Source of the DNA: an uncultured Desulfarculus sp.
GTDB taxonomy: Bacteria; Desulfobacterota; Desulfarculia; Desulfarculales; Desulfarculaceae
Assembly (NCBI GenBank): GCA_963665125.2
Contig: CAXXUK010000002.1
Coordinates: forward strand, 960,001 to 1,024,000
DNA: 64,000 nucleotides
Reading direction: 5' to 3'
This document shows, piece by piece, positions 30,308 to 39,635 of the stretch. The position numbers and the translations under genes are program-made. Numbering within the stretch: position 1 is the first letter of the stretch; each line of letters begins with the position of its first letter. The notes under the pieces were generated by a model, which saw only the letters and a program-made list of their open reading frames with translations, had not been told where the DNA came from and made no database searches.

Positions 30308-30744
30308 GTGATTACCCTACGCCAGGTGGATTGGCGGCTGTCACAGCCCGCGAAGCGCGGCTTGACAGAGACCGGCTTTTTGGATCAGGGAGAGCGCAGC
30401 GGTTCCCCCAAAAAGCCGAAGCGGTCGCCAATCCTTACCTGGTAAGATGTGGGGACCCATTACTCCATCGAAGGAAGCCAATGGTGGAGTCTATAAATTG
30501 TTTGCGTCGATAGACGCCTTAATAGTCACCAAATACCTTGCCTTTCTAATTGCCTGCGTGAGCAGACCTGAGTCTAAGCTGGCAAGATATTTGGTGCCGT
30601 TTGTCTGTGAATGAAGTTGTGGTAGATAAGAAGAGGGGAATTATTGATCTTTTGGTTTGGACAATGCTTGTTGTACGATTAACTTCTTTGCTAATACATC
30701 AGGCATTCCCTATAATTACTTCAATTCATATATTTTTCTACCAC

Positions 30745-31014
30745 ATGATTCCTATTAAATATTATATCCTTGATGATGACAATAAACCAAAATTGGTTAC
30801 AAACAAAAAAGAGTGGCTTAAATGGCATGGGGATAACGAGTTAGAGTGTGCCTTAGTTGGATATGATGTAGTCATGCTTAGTGACAAGATCAATGTATAT
30901 GTGAACACATGTTTTGATGGTCGTATCGAAAAAGATAATTCAATGTTTGTGACCTGTGTGACAATATTGGGTCAATCACCCGATCTGTACTACTGCGAAA
31001 TGGCGAGAGCATAA
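30745..31014 (+). CDS. Phage-like hypothetical protein, possibly truncated
   Basis: YYILDDDNKP...EWLKW; sigma70-like promoter upstream. Confidence 0.5.
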   Translation: MIPIKYYILDDDNKPKLVTNKKEWLKWHGDNELECALVGYDVVMLSDKINVYVNTCFDGRIEKDNSMFVTCVTILGQSPDLYYCEMARA

Positions 31015-31349
31015 GAAAGTATATAATAAATGGAATAATTCTGAACTTGATGAGATTATGAAATATTTTCAATTTCTTGATTTATAAAAAACTTGAAGTC
31101 TCTACAAAGATTTCACCTTAAAAACATTTTAGGTGAGAGCTATGTAGAGGTAAGAGCTTTTTAATAAATCACAATCTCTTGACAAAAACCACCCATCTGC
31201 TTTAATAACCTCCGGTTACCTTTACTGGAAAAAATGTGGATACTATCGACACAGGGCGGGCTTCCCGCTTGCTTCCGATGTTATCCACTCGAGAAGGTAA
31301 CCCAGGCGGGTTGCCCGCTTTGTGTACGTCTATATTTTTATCCAATAAT

Positions 31350-31559
31350 ATGGAAAACCCTCTTGAAGTGGGTGGCCTCATCTTCCGTGTCGAGATCGAA
31401 CGGGACTTGCAAAAGCCGTTGGTGAACGTCCAGATCAGCGACACCGACCAGTTGATGACCCTGACCTTCGCCGCCGACCCGGAGACGCTTACCGAGTTCG
31501 CCGGGATGCTCAAAAACGCCGCCAGAGATTGCGCGGCCAATCTTGAAACCGCAGCTTAA
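31350..31559 (+). CDS. Small hypothetical protein
   Basis: MENPLEVGG... portion of the 31236 ORF; start uncertain. Confidence 0.5.
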   Translation: MENPLEVGGLIFRVEIERDLQKPLVNVQISDTDQLMTLTFAADPETLTEFAGMLKNAARDCAANLETAA

Positions 31560-31780
31560 GATTGACATCCGGGCCAAGTGTCGTGCACTAATTCAAGGCT
31601 CGGCATTTAATCCGGCATTGGAATCATCAGAAATGGGTGCTATTTGCGCCAAACTTGTGAAAAGATTCCCAATGAACTCGCCGCCAGGGCAACTGTAGGC
31701 GTTTGAACACTATTCGAAAGGCTTTGTGTAATAATCACAATCTGCTACACTACTCGTGTGTTTAATTATTAGGATTGTCA

Positions 31781-32104
31781 ATGGAAACGCCACAGTATCA
31801 AAGCAGCCCCGAACGCCAGCTAAACCTGGAGAGTATAAAGGCCAGGATTGAACCGATTCTGCGTCGTCATGGGGTGGTGCGCGCTTCCATTTTCGGCTCC
31901 ATGGCCAGAGGCGAAGCGCGACCGGGCAGCGATCTGGGTATTCTCATCGACTTTGGCTCGAACCGTAAATCCATGTTTGACCTTCAGGATCTTGAAGATG
32001 AACTCAGCACCGAGTTGGGTTGCAAGATTGATCTGGGCTTTTTCGAGAGTCTCAAGCCGCGAATCCGCGAGCAGGTTCTCAGTCAACAAGTTCCGGTCCT
32101 ATGA
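31781..32104 (+). CDS. MntA-like minimal nucleotidyltransferase antitoxin
   Basis: IFGSMARGEARPGSDLGIL; ATGA overlap with HEPN gene. Confidence 0.88.
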   Translation: METPQYQSSPERQLNLESIKARIEPILRRHGVVRASIFGSMARGEARPGSDLGILIDFGSNRKSMFDLQDLEDELSTELGCKIDLGFFESLKPRIREQVLSQQVPVL

Positions 32105-32442
32105 GCCGTAACCAGCTATTATATATCGATGATATCCTCGAAAGCATCTCAGCCATTGAGAGCCATTTACAGGGTATGACCGAGGCGCAGTTTACTGAGT
32201 CGGTAATGGCTCAGGATGCTGTGATTCGGCGTTTTTTGGTAATCGGAGAAGCAGCCGCAAGGCTTTCCGACGAGTTCAAGGAAAAACATTCAGAGGTTGC
32301 TTGGCACAAGATCATCGGCATGCGCAACCGCCTTGTTCATGACTACCTGAGGATAACCCTGGCGGTTCTTTGGGAAACGGCCATAAAAGACTTGCCCGAG
32401 CTTAAAAAGAATCTGCAAAAAATCCTGGAGTCATCAAACTAG
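32101..32442 (+). CDS. HepT-like HEPN RNase toxin (DUF86)
   Basis: IGEAA, GMRNRLVHDY (RX4HXY). Confidence 0.92.
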   Translation: MSRNQLLYIDDILESISAIESHLQGMTEAQFTESVMAQDAVIRRFLVIGEAAARLSDEFKEKHSEVAWHKIIGMRNRLVHDYLRITLAVLWETAIKDLPELKKNLQKILESSN

Positions 32443-32503
32443 TTGAAGCCACCTCAAACCATTTATTATACAAGCGCTTTTCAGAAAAACTCCGGATTTA
32501 CCT

Positions 32504-33010
32504 CTAAAGTCTCAGCACCCTGGTCCAAAAATCCATTCCCCCCTCCTCCATGCCCTCGGCCTCGGGTATCTGCCGGGCGAGCACGTCCCTGACCTGCACC
32601 GGGCTCATGCCCTCCAGCAGGACTGTCTTTACCTTGGCGAAGCGGTTTTCCCTGATCTCGAATTGGAGCGTATTCAGCTCCGGGTTTGCCCGGTGATAAA
32701 TGATCCAAAAGTGGCGGAGCTGCGAATACTGCCAAAATTGTTCGTCTATGTGGATGCCAAAGTCGGTGATGACGATCTCCTGGGTGCCGGGTTTTTCGTG
32801 GGATAGTTGGTAGTAGGTGGCCGCCGCCAGGGCGAAGACCACCGCCGAACTCCAAGCGTCGTAAATCATGGCGATGATGATTGCCGTCACCGTTATGGTG
32901 CCCGCCACGAGCCACCAGGTGCGGCCCTTGGGGCGCTCGACCCATTGGGCTGCTTCCCAGGCCAGCAGCACCTCCTCCTGGGCGCTGATCAAGTCTTGGG
33001 TCTGTGTCAT
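32504..33010 (-). CDS. Two-TM + PH-like conserved protein (Patescibacteria-type)
   Basis: W-EA-x-W/Y...W(W), two TMs, ITDFGIHID...YSQLRHFWIIY...VRDVLARQIPE. Confidence 0.75.
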   Translation of the reverse strand: MTQTQDLISAQEEVLLAWEAAQWVERPKGRTWWLVAGTITVTAIIIAMIYDAWSSAVVFALAAATYYQLSHEKPGTQEIVITDFGIHIDEQFWQYSQLRHFWIIYHRANPELNTLQFEIRENRFAKVKTVLLEGMSPVQVRDVLARQIPEAEGMEEGGMDFWTRVLRL

Positions 33011-33025
33011 ATAATTAAGTTAATT

Positions 33026-33592
33026 TTAGGCTTTTGGCATGCTCAGGGCCATTATCAGGCCGATGCAAATGGTGAATACCAGAATAAAAAATATGACTGG
33101 CGCACGCGCGACCAGGGTCAGAGCCTTGGCCGCATCAAGGGCCACGCGGCCCGTACCCTTAATTGCTTCCTTTCCCAAGGTCAAAGGCGCTTTCAAGGCC
33201 ACTGCTCCGGCCTGCCCCATGGCGTGCTTTAGGCCTGACTCACGCTTCTGTTCGGTGCGGTCGCGGCTGCGGCTTGGGAGCATAAGGCCCGCTTTTTCGC
33301 TGCGGCCCCGCCATTGCCACTGCTCCCGGTTGCTCAAGCCTTGCGGGGCGCTCACTCCGGCTTGTTGCGCCCGCCTGTTTGTCTGGGCCTCCAGCCGGGA
33401 AGCAAATGAAGGAGGAAACGGGTCCGATGATTCAGGCCTTGCCTGGGGCGTCCGGGCTGCCCCTGACGGCTTTGGGTGATTCGATGTGGCGCTGAAGGTC
33501 GGCAAGGGCTTTTTCAGATCATCAGGCGCGATCCTGGGGTCGCTGGCCTGGTGCTTGGCTTCGGTCTTTTTAGCCTGCTTGGTCTTGGGCAT
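33026..33592 (-). CDS. Low-complexity protein with C-terminal TM anchor
   Basis: Pro/Ala/Lys-rich N-terminus, hydrophobic C-terminus; in operon. Confidence 0.65.
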   Translation of the reverse strand: MPKTKQAKKTEAKHQASDPRIAPDDLKKPLPTFSATSNHPKPSGAARTPQARPESSDPFPPSFASRLEAQTNRRAQQAGVSAPQGLSNREQWQWRGRSEKAGLMLPSRSRDRTEQKRESGLKHAMGQAGAVALKAPLTLGKEAIKGTGRVALDAAKALTLVARAPVIFFILVFTICIGLIMALSMPKA

Positions 33593-35841
33593 TTCTTTGG
33601 ATTAGATGGATAGCTTTTCCAGGAACTTGGCCAGCTGCTTTTGCAGGGTGGTGATTTCGCGGTCCAGGCGGTTGATGGTGCGGGTGTCCGCCGCGTCGGC
33701 GGCAGCCCTGTCGGTTTCTTTCTGCTCGATCTCATCCTTGAGGTCCTGGAAGGCCTGCTGCACGGTTACGTCCTGCTCGGCGATAAAGGCCTCCACAAAG
33801 GATTTCATATTTGTCAGGGAGTCATCGGGTATTTCGAAGTAGGCGGCCTGCTGGCGGTCGTTGAAGTTATTGTAGATGGTGCTGGAGAAGTTGCCCTTGT
33901 AGACCTTTCGGCCTTGCTCCAGCTCGTTTTTGAGGAAATTCATCAGCTCTGGGAACGACGGATTTTTGGCCAGGTTCATGGTGATTTTCGAGAGGTTGTA
34001 CGCAGCGTCGCCCTCGGCAAAGCCGTGGAAGCCGGTGTCGGTGATCCGGGCGTTGATGAAGAACGGTGACTTGGAGCGCATGATCCCGGCCATGTCCTTG
34101 AAGGATTTTTCAAACTCCGGCCTGACCTTCTTGTCCAGACCTTCAATGGCCTTGTGGTGGGCGCTGTTGATGATTTTCTGGAAGCGCCCGGCCTCGTCAA
34201 AGGACATGAATTCGGCCTTTTGGATCAGCGAGGAAATGAAGGCCTCGCGGGCCACCTGGGACAGGCGGTCGTTTTTCTTGATGGACTCAAGGCCGCTCAT
34301 CAGCTCGCCGGTGGTGCCGTGCTCCAGCACATCGGCGTATTTGCTCTTGACCGCATCCTTGTATTTGGCGTCCACTTCGCGGTTAAGCGCGCCTTCGATG
34401 GAATCGTCCGCGCCGGTCTGGCCCACGACGCCGCCCAGAGTGGGAGACTTGGCGTTGAGCCAGGTGATGGCCTTGGCCACGTTATGGGCCATCTCGGCTG
34501 CTTCCTGATCCTTGGCCCAATCCTGATTGCCCTTGACCTGGGACCAAAGCTTCTTGGCGGCCTCTACACTGCTACCACCCTTGACATAGGTCCCCACGGT
34601 CTCCCCGGCAAAGTCGGAGGCAAAGCGTGTGGCTCCGCCCAGCTTGCCCTTGCGGGTCTCCTTGCCCGCCTCGTCGTGCCGGGCCAGCTCGGCTTTGCGG
34701 GCTTCGAGGATGCGCAGTTGTGTATTAAGATCAAGCTCGCGGTCCTTGTCCACGGTGTCGCCTCTGGCCATGCGCTCTTTCACCTGCTTGATTCGTTCGT
34801 CAACGATCCCCTGCTCCGAGCGGAACGCCTTCAGATTACCGCGCTTGCGAAAGGTGCTCTGGCTCAGATTGTCGTAGTGGCGCACATCGCTGCCGAGGTG
34901 ATCGGCCTTGGCCTCCATCTCAAAGGCCAGCTGCATGTGGCTCTGGCGCTCCGCATCCGTGGCCGCCGCTCCGGCCATGCGCCTGTGATTGGCCGCATTG
35001 GTCATCAGGTTCATGGCCTTGCCGCGGGTGTTCACGGCCAGGCGGCTGAAGCGTTTGCGCTCCTTGCGGCGCTCCAGACCAGCCTTGGCGGCCTTGAAGG
35101 CGTTCCACGGCGCGTAGCCGACAGCTCCGGTGGCCCGGCCCACCTGGCGGCGCAGAAACCTGCCGCCCCGCTCGGCAAAGTCCAGAATCCGGCCGGTGAG
35201 GTTGTTGTCCAGAGCCGTGCGCACGGCGATCCACAGGCCCATGGTCACCAGGATGTACATCAGCAGGCCCTCGAAACGTATGCCCGCGTTGACCTGCTGG
35301 TAATTAGCCTCCTGAAAAAACGGCAGATACTTGAGCACCTCCTCGAATACGGCGGCCAGGCCGTTCTGGCTCAGATCGGTGGTGGTGCTGACCTCGGTGA
35401 CCATGCTTTCCAGCGAGCCGAAGACAAAGGCCTTTTGGACCATGAACACCATGCCCAAAACAAAGGTGACCTTGATGGGGATCAGCAGCAGGGTGATGAA
35501 GGATTTCCACCAATAGCTCCAGATTTTGTCCTGGCCGGGCACCATCAGGCCCAGGTAGGCCAGGGGCGAGACAGCCAAAAGCAGCCAGATCATCACCGTG
35601 GCCATGACCAGAGCGGCGGTGATGGCGAAAAGCGGCAATATCAGCATGAACATGAACACGCCGCAGAGGATGATCTGCACGGTGAGGGTGAATTGGTCCT
35701 TGACCGAGTCCGGGTCCACTTGCAGAAAGCGCGAAAACTCCACGAACTGGAAGTCCGTGACATCCTTGAATTCAAACAGCCCGCCCACGATGTCGGTGAC
35801 CAGACGGGCATTGATCTACCCCACAAACGACGGACAATTGT

Positions 35842-36708
35842 TTAAGCGACAATTTGATTTTCAAAGGCCAGCGGGCTGATGTATCCGTTGGCACTGTGTC
35901 TCCTGTTTCGGTTGTAGTCAACCTCGATATACTCGAATACGGCACGGCGCATACCTTGGCGGGTGGCGAAGTGCTCACCGTGGATCAGTTCCACCTTGAG
36001 GGTATGGAAGAAGCTTTCGGCCACGGCGTTGTCATAACAGTTGCCTCTGCCGCTCATGCTGCAAACCAGTTCATGCTTGGTCAAAAGGGCCTGGTATTTC
36101 CTAGAGCAATACTGGCTGCCCCGATCCGAATGAACCAACACACCTTTGGACATATGCCGTCGCCACAAGGCCATCTGCAAGGCGTCACAGACTAAATCGG
36201 CTTTCATGCGCTTATCCATGGCCCAGCCAACCACCATGCGCGAAAACAGGTCGAGCACCACCGCCAGATACAACCAGCCCTCGCCGGTCCAAAGGTAAGT
36301 GATATCACAGACCCACTTCTGATTTGGAGCCGTTGCGTTAAAGTCCTGGGCCAACAGATTTGGAGCAACCGGCATACCGTGATCCGAATCCGTGGTGGCC
36401 TTGAACTTCCTGGCCGCTTTGGCCACCAGGCCCTGTCTATTCATGCTCTTGGCCACTGTTTTGCGGTTGTATTTACGGCCTTGCTCATCAAGGTCGAGAG
36501 TCAGCCCAACTGCTCCGCTACGGCCCTTGCGAACTTCAAAGGCTTCTTTCACCAGGTGATCGAGCCTCTCACGCTCCATCTGCCTCTGACTGGGATTTTG
36601 CAGCCTGCGCCGCCAGCCATAATACCCGCCACGTGATACGCCAAAGGCCTCGGATTGCGCCGTGACGCTGTATGTGCCTGCGTTTTGCTGCATGAACGCG
36701 TACTTCAC
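35842..36708 (-). CDS. IS3 transposase OrfB (DDE)
   Basis: WVCDITY, HSDRGSQY, DNAVAESFF. Confidence 0.95.
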   Translation of the reverse strand: MKYAFMQQNAGTYSVTAQSEAFGVSRGGYYGWRRRLQNPSQRQMERERLDHLVKEAFEVRKGRSGAVGLTLDLDEQGRKYNRKTVAKSMNRQGLVAKAARKFKATTDSDHGMPVAPNLLAQDFNATAPNQKWVCDITYLWTGEGWLYLAVVLDLFSRMVVGWAMDKRMKADLVCDALQMALWRRHMSKGVLVHSDRGSQYCSRKYQALLTKHELVCSMSGRGNCYDNAVAESFFHTLKVELIHGEHFATRQGMRRAVFEYIEVDYNRNRRHSANGYISPLAFENQIVA

Positions 36709-37004
36709 TTCAGGCTTTTCGCGAAGTACGCCGCGGCCTTTTTTAATATGGCCAACTCCTCTTCCTTCTTGGCCAACTGCCGCTTCAACTTGGCGTTTTC
36801 GAGCTCCAGTTCCTTCTCGGTCTCGCTGCGGCTGGCCTCATAGCGGGCCTTCTTGCGCCAAGCGTAAACCTGGGACTCATGCAGGCCAAGCTGCTTGGCC
36901 GCACCGGCAACGCCAACCTGCTCAGCCAAGCCCAGAGCTTCGATTTTGAACTCCGGCGAATAGCGCCGCCTGGTGGATTTCTTCTGGCTCTTCTGTGATG
37001 GCAT
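36705..37004 (-). CDS. IS3 transposase OrfA
   Basis: RRYSPEFK HTH, ILKKAAAYF with A-AAA-AAG slippery site. Confidence 0.93.
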   Translation of the reverse strand: MPSQKSQKKSTRRRYSPEFKIEALGLAEQVGVAGAAKQLGLHESQVYAWRKKARYEASRSETEKELELENAKLKRQLAKKEEELAILKKAAAYFAKSLK

Positions 37005-37662
37005 CGAACACCTCCGTTAAGCAATTTACTCGCTTAATCGGGTGTCCGTCAAAACTGGGCTGGATCACATTGTCCATGACAAAGATGCCGATGGTGTAAG
37101 ACAGATTGACCGCCACCAGCGCCCCGATCACGCGGGGCAGAGCTTTTTTGAGGGAATAGTTGTCCGGGTGGAAGCCGATGAGGTTGGCCAGCACCAACAG
37201 AATAAGCACCGCGACAGCGCAGAAGTTGACAAAGTCGCGCATTTTTTCCCAGATGGTTTCCACCTCCGGCGGCACGTCGAACATCTTGTCGTAAAAGTAG
37301 GTGTAGCCCATGCCCAGCAACTTGATGGCCACGTATTCCACATAGGCCACCGAGGACAGGAAGCCGTTCATGGCTGGTCCGATGACGCTGTTAAAGGTGG
37401 TTTTGAAGACAGGCCCGAGTATGGGACTGCTTCCGGTTGTTGTCATGATTGCGACATCACTGGCGAATATCGAGAAAAGCACCCAGCCCAAATGGATTGC
37501 CGCCTCGGCTTTTTGAATTGAAACGGTTTGCTCGATGAGCCCGCCTTGGTCCGGCCCGCCCATGAAGCAGGAATGATAGAGCATGCCCAGCATCAGCGCG
37601 GACGCCAGGACCAGCTTCCATTTGGGGATTCCGGATTTGGTTGTGAGCATTTGAAGGAAAAA

Positions 37663-38616
37663 TTATTGAGTGCTGGCAGTGGACTCCGGGCCACCTGCTT
37701 CGCCGAAGAACTCGGGGTTGATGGTTTGCAGGATCAGGCCCAGGACAATGAAAAGGGCCAGCGCGGCAAAGGCGTTGACGATCCTGTTCCTACCCGACTT
37801 GATGCGCTCGGGATTGCCGCCCGAGGACGCCCACTCAATGCCGCCCCAGACGATCATCACCGAAACCAGGGTGGTGATGATCACCTTGAAGAAGCCGTAG
37901 TAAAGGATAATCGTCTTTTGCAGGAGTTCGTTTGAGTTGCGGCGGTTGTAGACGATCTTGTCCTGGCCGCCCACCGGCACCTGGAATTCAAAAATATCAA
38001 TGCCCGTGGATTTGATCTGCTCCAATTCGGCGGTGCTGTCATACAGAGCTTCTTGAGCTGCTTCCGTGGCGGCGATGGCTTCTTTGTGCTTCTTCTTTAA
38101 CTCCTCTTTTTCCTGCTCGATTGCCTCGCCCAACTCTGCCAATTCCTCGGCCTCGGCGCTGGTCAGGCCATCGCCAAAGACCGCCTTTTCCATCAAGGTG
38201 GCCGCGCGGTGCATCGGGTGGCTGGCCGAGTAAATCTCGCTATCGGGATTGTGCCAGTAGTTTTGGATATTGCGTTGCAAGGTCTGCCGGTCGCTGGCGC
38301 TCAAGAAACCACTTGTAGAAGCGCTGCTTGGGTCATAAAAGCTGTTCAAAAGGCTCTTTGTTGTTTGGTCGTGCTTGAGAACATCGCTAATCCAGCCCTG
38401 GTTTATCAGTGCTTTCTCCCTTAATTTTTGTATTTGATCCTCAGCCTGCATTTTGGTGACCAAGTCGGCTTTGCGCGCCTCAACCTCGTCGTATTGGGCT
38501 TCCAGGGCGTCGGCGGTTGTCTCCAGGCGTGAATCATCTGCCAGCGCATAGCTGGGCAGGAGTGCGCATGCCAGGGCTGCGAGGATGAGGAATGTGATTT
38601 TTCGGGGGATAGACAC
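37663..38616 (-). CDS. Secreted coiled-coil protein with C-terminal VirB2/TrbC-like pilin domain
   Basis: Signal peptide ...SYALA; VMIVWGGIEWASSGGNPERIKSGRNRIVNAFAALAL...ILQTINPE; GTG start inferred. Confidence 0.78.
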   Translation of the reverse strand: MSIPRKITFLILAALACALLPSYALADDSRLETTADALEAQYDEVEARKADLVTKMQAEDQIQKLREKALINQGWISDVLKHDQTTKSLLNSFYDPSSASTSGFLSASDRQTLQRNIQNYWHNPDSEIYSASHPMHRAATLMEKAVFGDGLTSAEAEELAELGEAIEQEKEELKKKHKEAIAATEAAQEALYDSTAELEQIKSTGIDIFEFQVPVGGQDKIVYNRRNSNELLQKTIILYYGFFKVIITTLVSVMIVWGGIEWASSGGNPERIKSGRNRIVNAFAALALFIVLGLILQTINPEFFGEAGGPESTASTQ

Positions 38617-38668
38617 GGATTTTAGGGTTATTTTGTTGATATTATAGCCTATTTGGCCAATAGAGCCA

Positions 38669-38698
38669 AAGAAAAGCCCCGGTGCTAAGACCGGGGCC
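38669..38698 (-). terminator. Intrinsic terminator
   Basis: gccccggt-cttagc-accggggc + ttttcttt on minus strand. Confidence 0.65.
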
Positions 38699-38723
38699 AA
38701 GGTGTGTTGCAGGCGGTGTTTGA

Positions 38724-39083
38724 TCAGCCGCCCAGAAGCTTCCTGCGGATTTTCTTTCTGTGATAGTCCTGATCGAACATGAGTCGCATGGTGTTCGCGA
38801 ACCGCTCCGAGGTATTGGGACCTTCCAGACCCAGCCTCATACGCATTTGGTGATCAGTTTCGTATCTGGGAATCACCTTGGGCTTCTCTTTGTACCGGAG
38901 CCAGTAACCAAAGGGATTGCGGTCATATGCCGCCCTTTCCTGGAGCGCCGGGATGTACACCATGTACGCGAGCCACGAGCCCAGGATGATTACGAGCGCC
39001 CAGACCCAAAGCGGGGATCGGAAAGTAAAAAGCTTGGATTCCTCCCCGGTATACATCGGGGCCTGTAAGGTCGCCGGATTCAT
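38724..39083 (-). CDS. Single-TM hypothetical protein
   Basis: LWVWALVIILGSWLAYMVYI; start uncertain. Confidence 0.6.
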   Translation of the reverse strand: MNPATLQAPMYTGEESKLFTFRSPLWVWALVIILGSWLAYMVYIPALQERAAYDRNPFGYWLRYKEKPKVIPRYETDHQMRMRLGLEGPNTSERFANTMRLMFDQDYHRKKIRRKLLGG

Positions 39084-39314
39084 ACCACACCGCCTTTCGC
39101 CATCTATTTTAATTCTATTTTGATTTTTGATTTCAGTAGGTTGCGTGGTCATTTTTTCAGATGTCCCCCGGAATGTCAAATTTATCGACTACATAAAAGG
39201 CGGTTTATAACCTCATTTATCTATTTTTATAGAGATTTGTCAAGGCGAAATCTACTTATTGCAGGGTTCTTTGGGCTCAAACAGAGTGCTAGAGGTGGGG
39301 TGGAGGTGCCCACA

Positions 39315-39635
39315 ATGAGCGATCTGCCCAAGGAAATCGGAAAGCGTCTGAGAGAAATCCGCAAAAGCAAGGGTCTGCGGCAAGAGGATATGGAAGCGTT
39401 TGGGCTGAATTACAAATATTATCAGCGCATCGAAGGCGGGCATACCAACATCACTCTGGTCACCTTGGAAAAGATCGTCAGCGCTTTGGGTCTGGAGTTG
39501 GCCGACCTTTTCATCCTGCCCATGAGCCGGTCAGACGAAGTGAATGAACTGCTGGCCGATATCGACACCGTGATCAAGGAAAACGATCCCGAGAAGATCA
39601 GAAAACTCGGCCTGTTTGTCAGGGATATTCTTTGA
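39315..39635 (+). CDS. XRE-family HTH regulator
   Basis: IGKRLREIRKSKGLRQE...YQRIEGGHTNITLVTLEKI; SD ggagg. Confidence 0.9.
   Translation: MSDLPKEIGKRLREIRKSKGLRQEDMEAFGLNYKYYQRIEGGHTNITLVTLEKIVSALGLELADLFILPMSRSDEVNELLADIDTVIKENDPEKIRKLGLFVRDIL

Larger units (their letters stand above)
35812..37067 (-). mobile_element. IS3-family insertion sequence (1256 bp)
   Basis: TG...CA ends, IRs TGATC-N-CCCA-N-GACGGACA, 3-bp TSD CAT (35809-35811, 37068-37070). Confidence 0.95.
33602..37650 (-). pseudogene. VirB6/TrbL-like polytopic protein (929 aa reconstructed) split by IS3
   Basis: Removing the IS and one CAT copy joins ...FVMDN-ARLVTDIVGGLFEF... in frame; many TMs plus long soluble tail. Confidence 0.8.

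Noticed and set aside
30322..30596. Retron msr-msd or DGR element
   Set aside because: No reverse transcriptase ORF anywhere in the window.
34154..35845. 563-aa plus-strand ORF, and similar long antisense ORFs at 2426-3376, 5417-6442, 22190-23122 and 55161-56153
   Set aside because: Shadow ORFs opposite well-supported GC-rich genes, with no recognisable motifs.
27154..39179. Alternative genetic code (TGA=Gly, Gracilibacteria-type) in the CPR-like block
   Set aside because: Long ORFs are open in code 11, and several genes end in TGA directly followed by hairpins.
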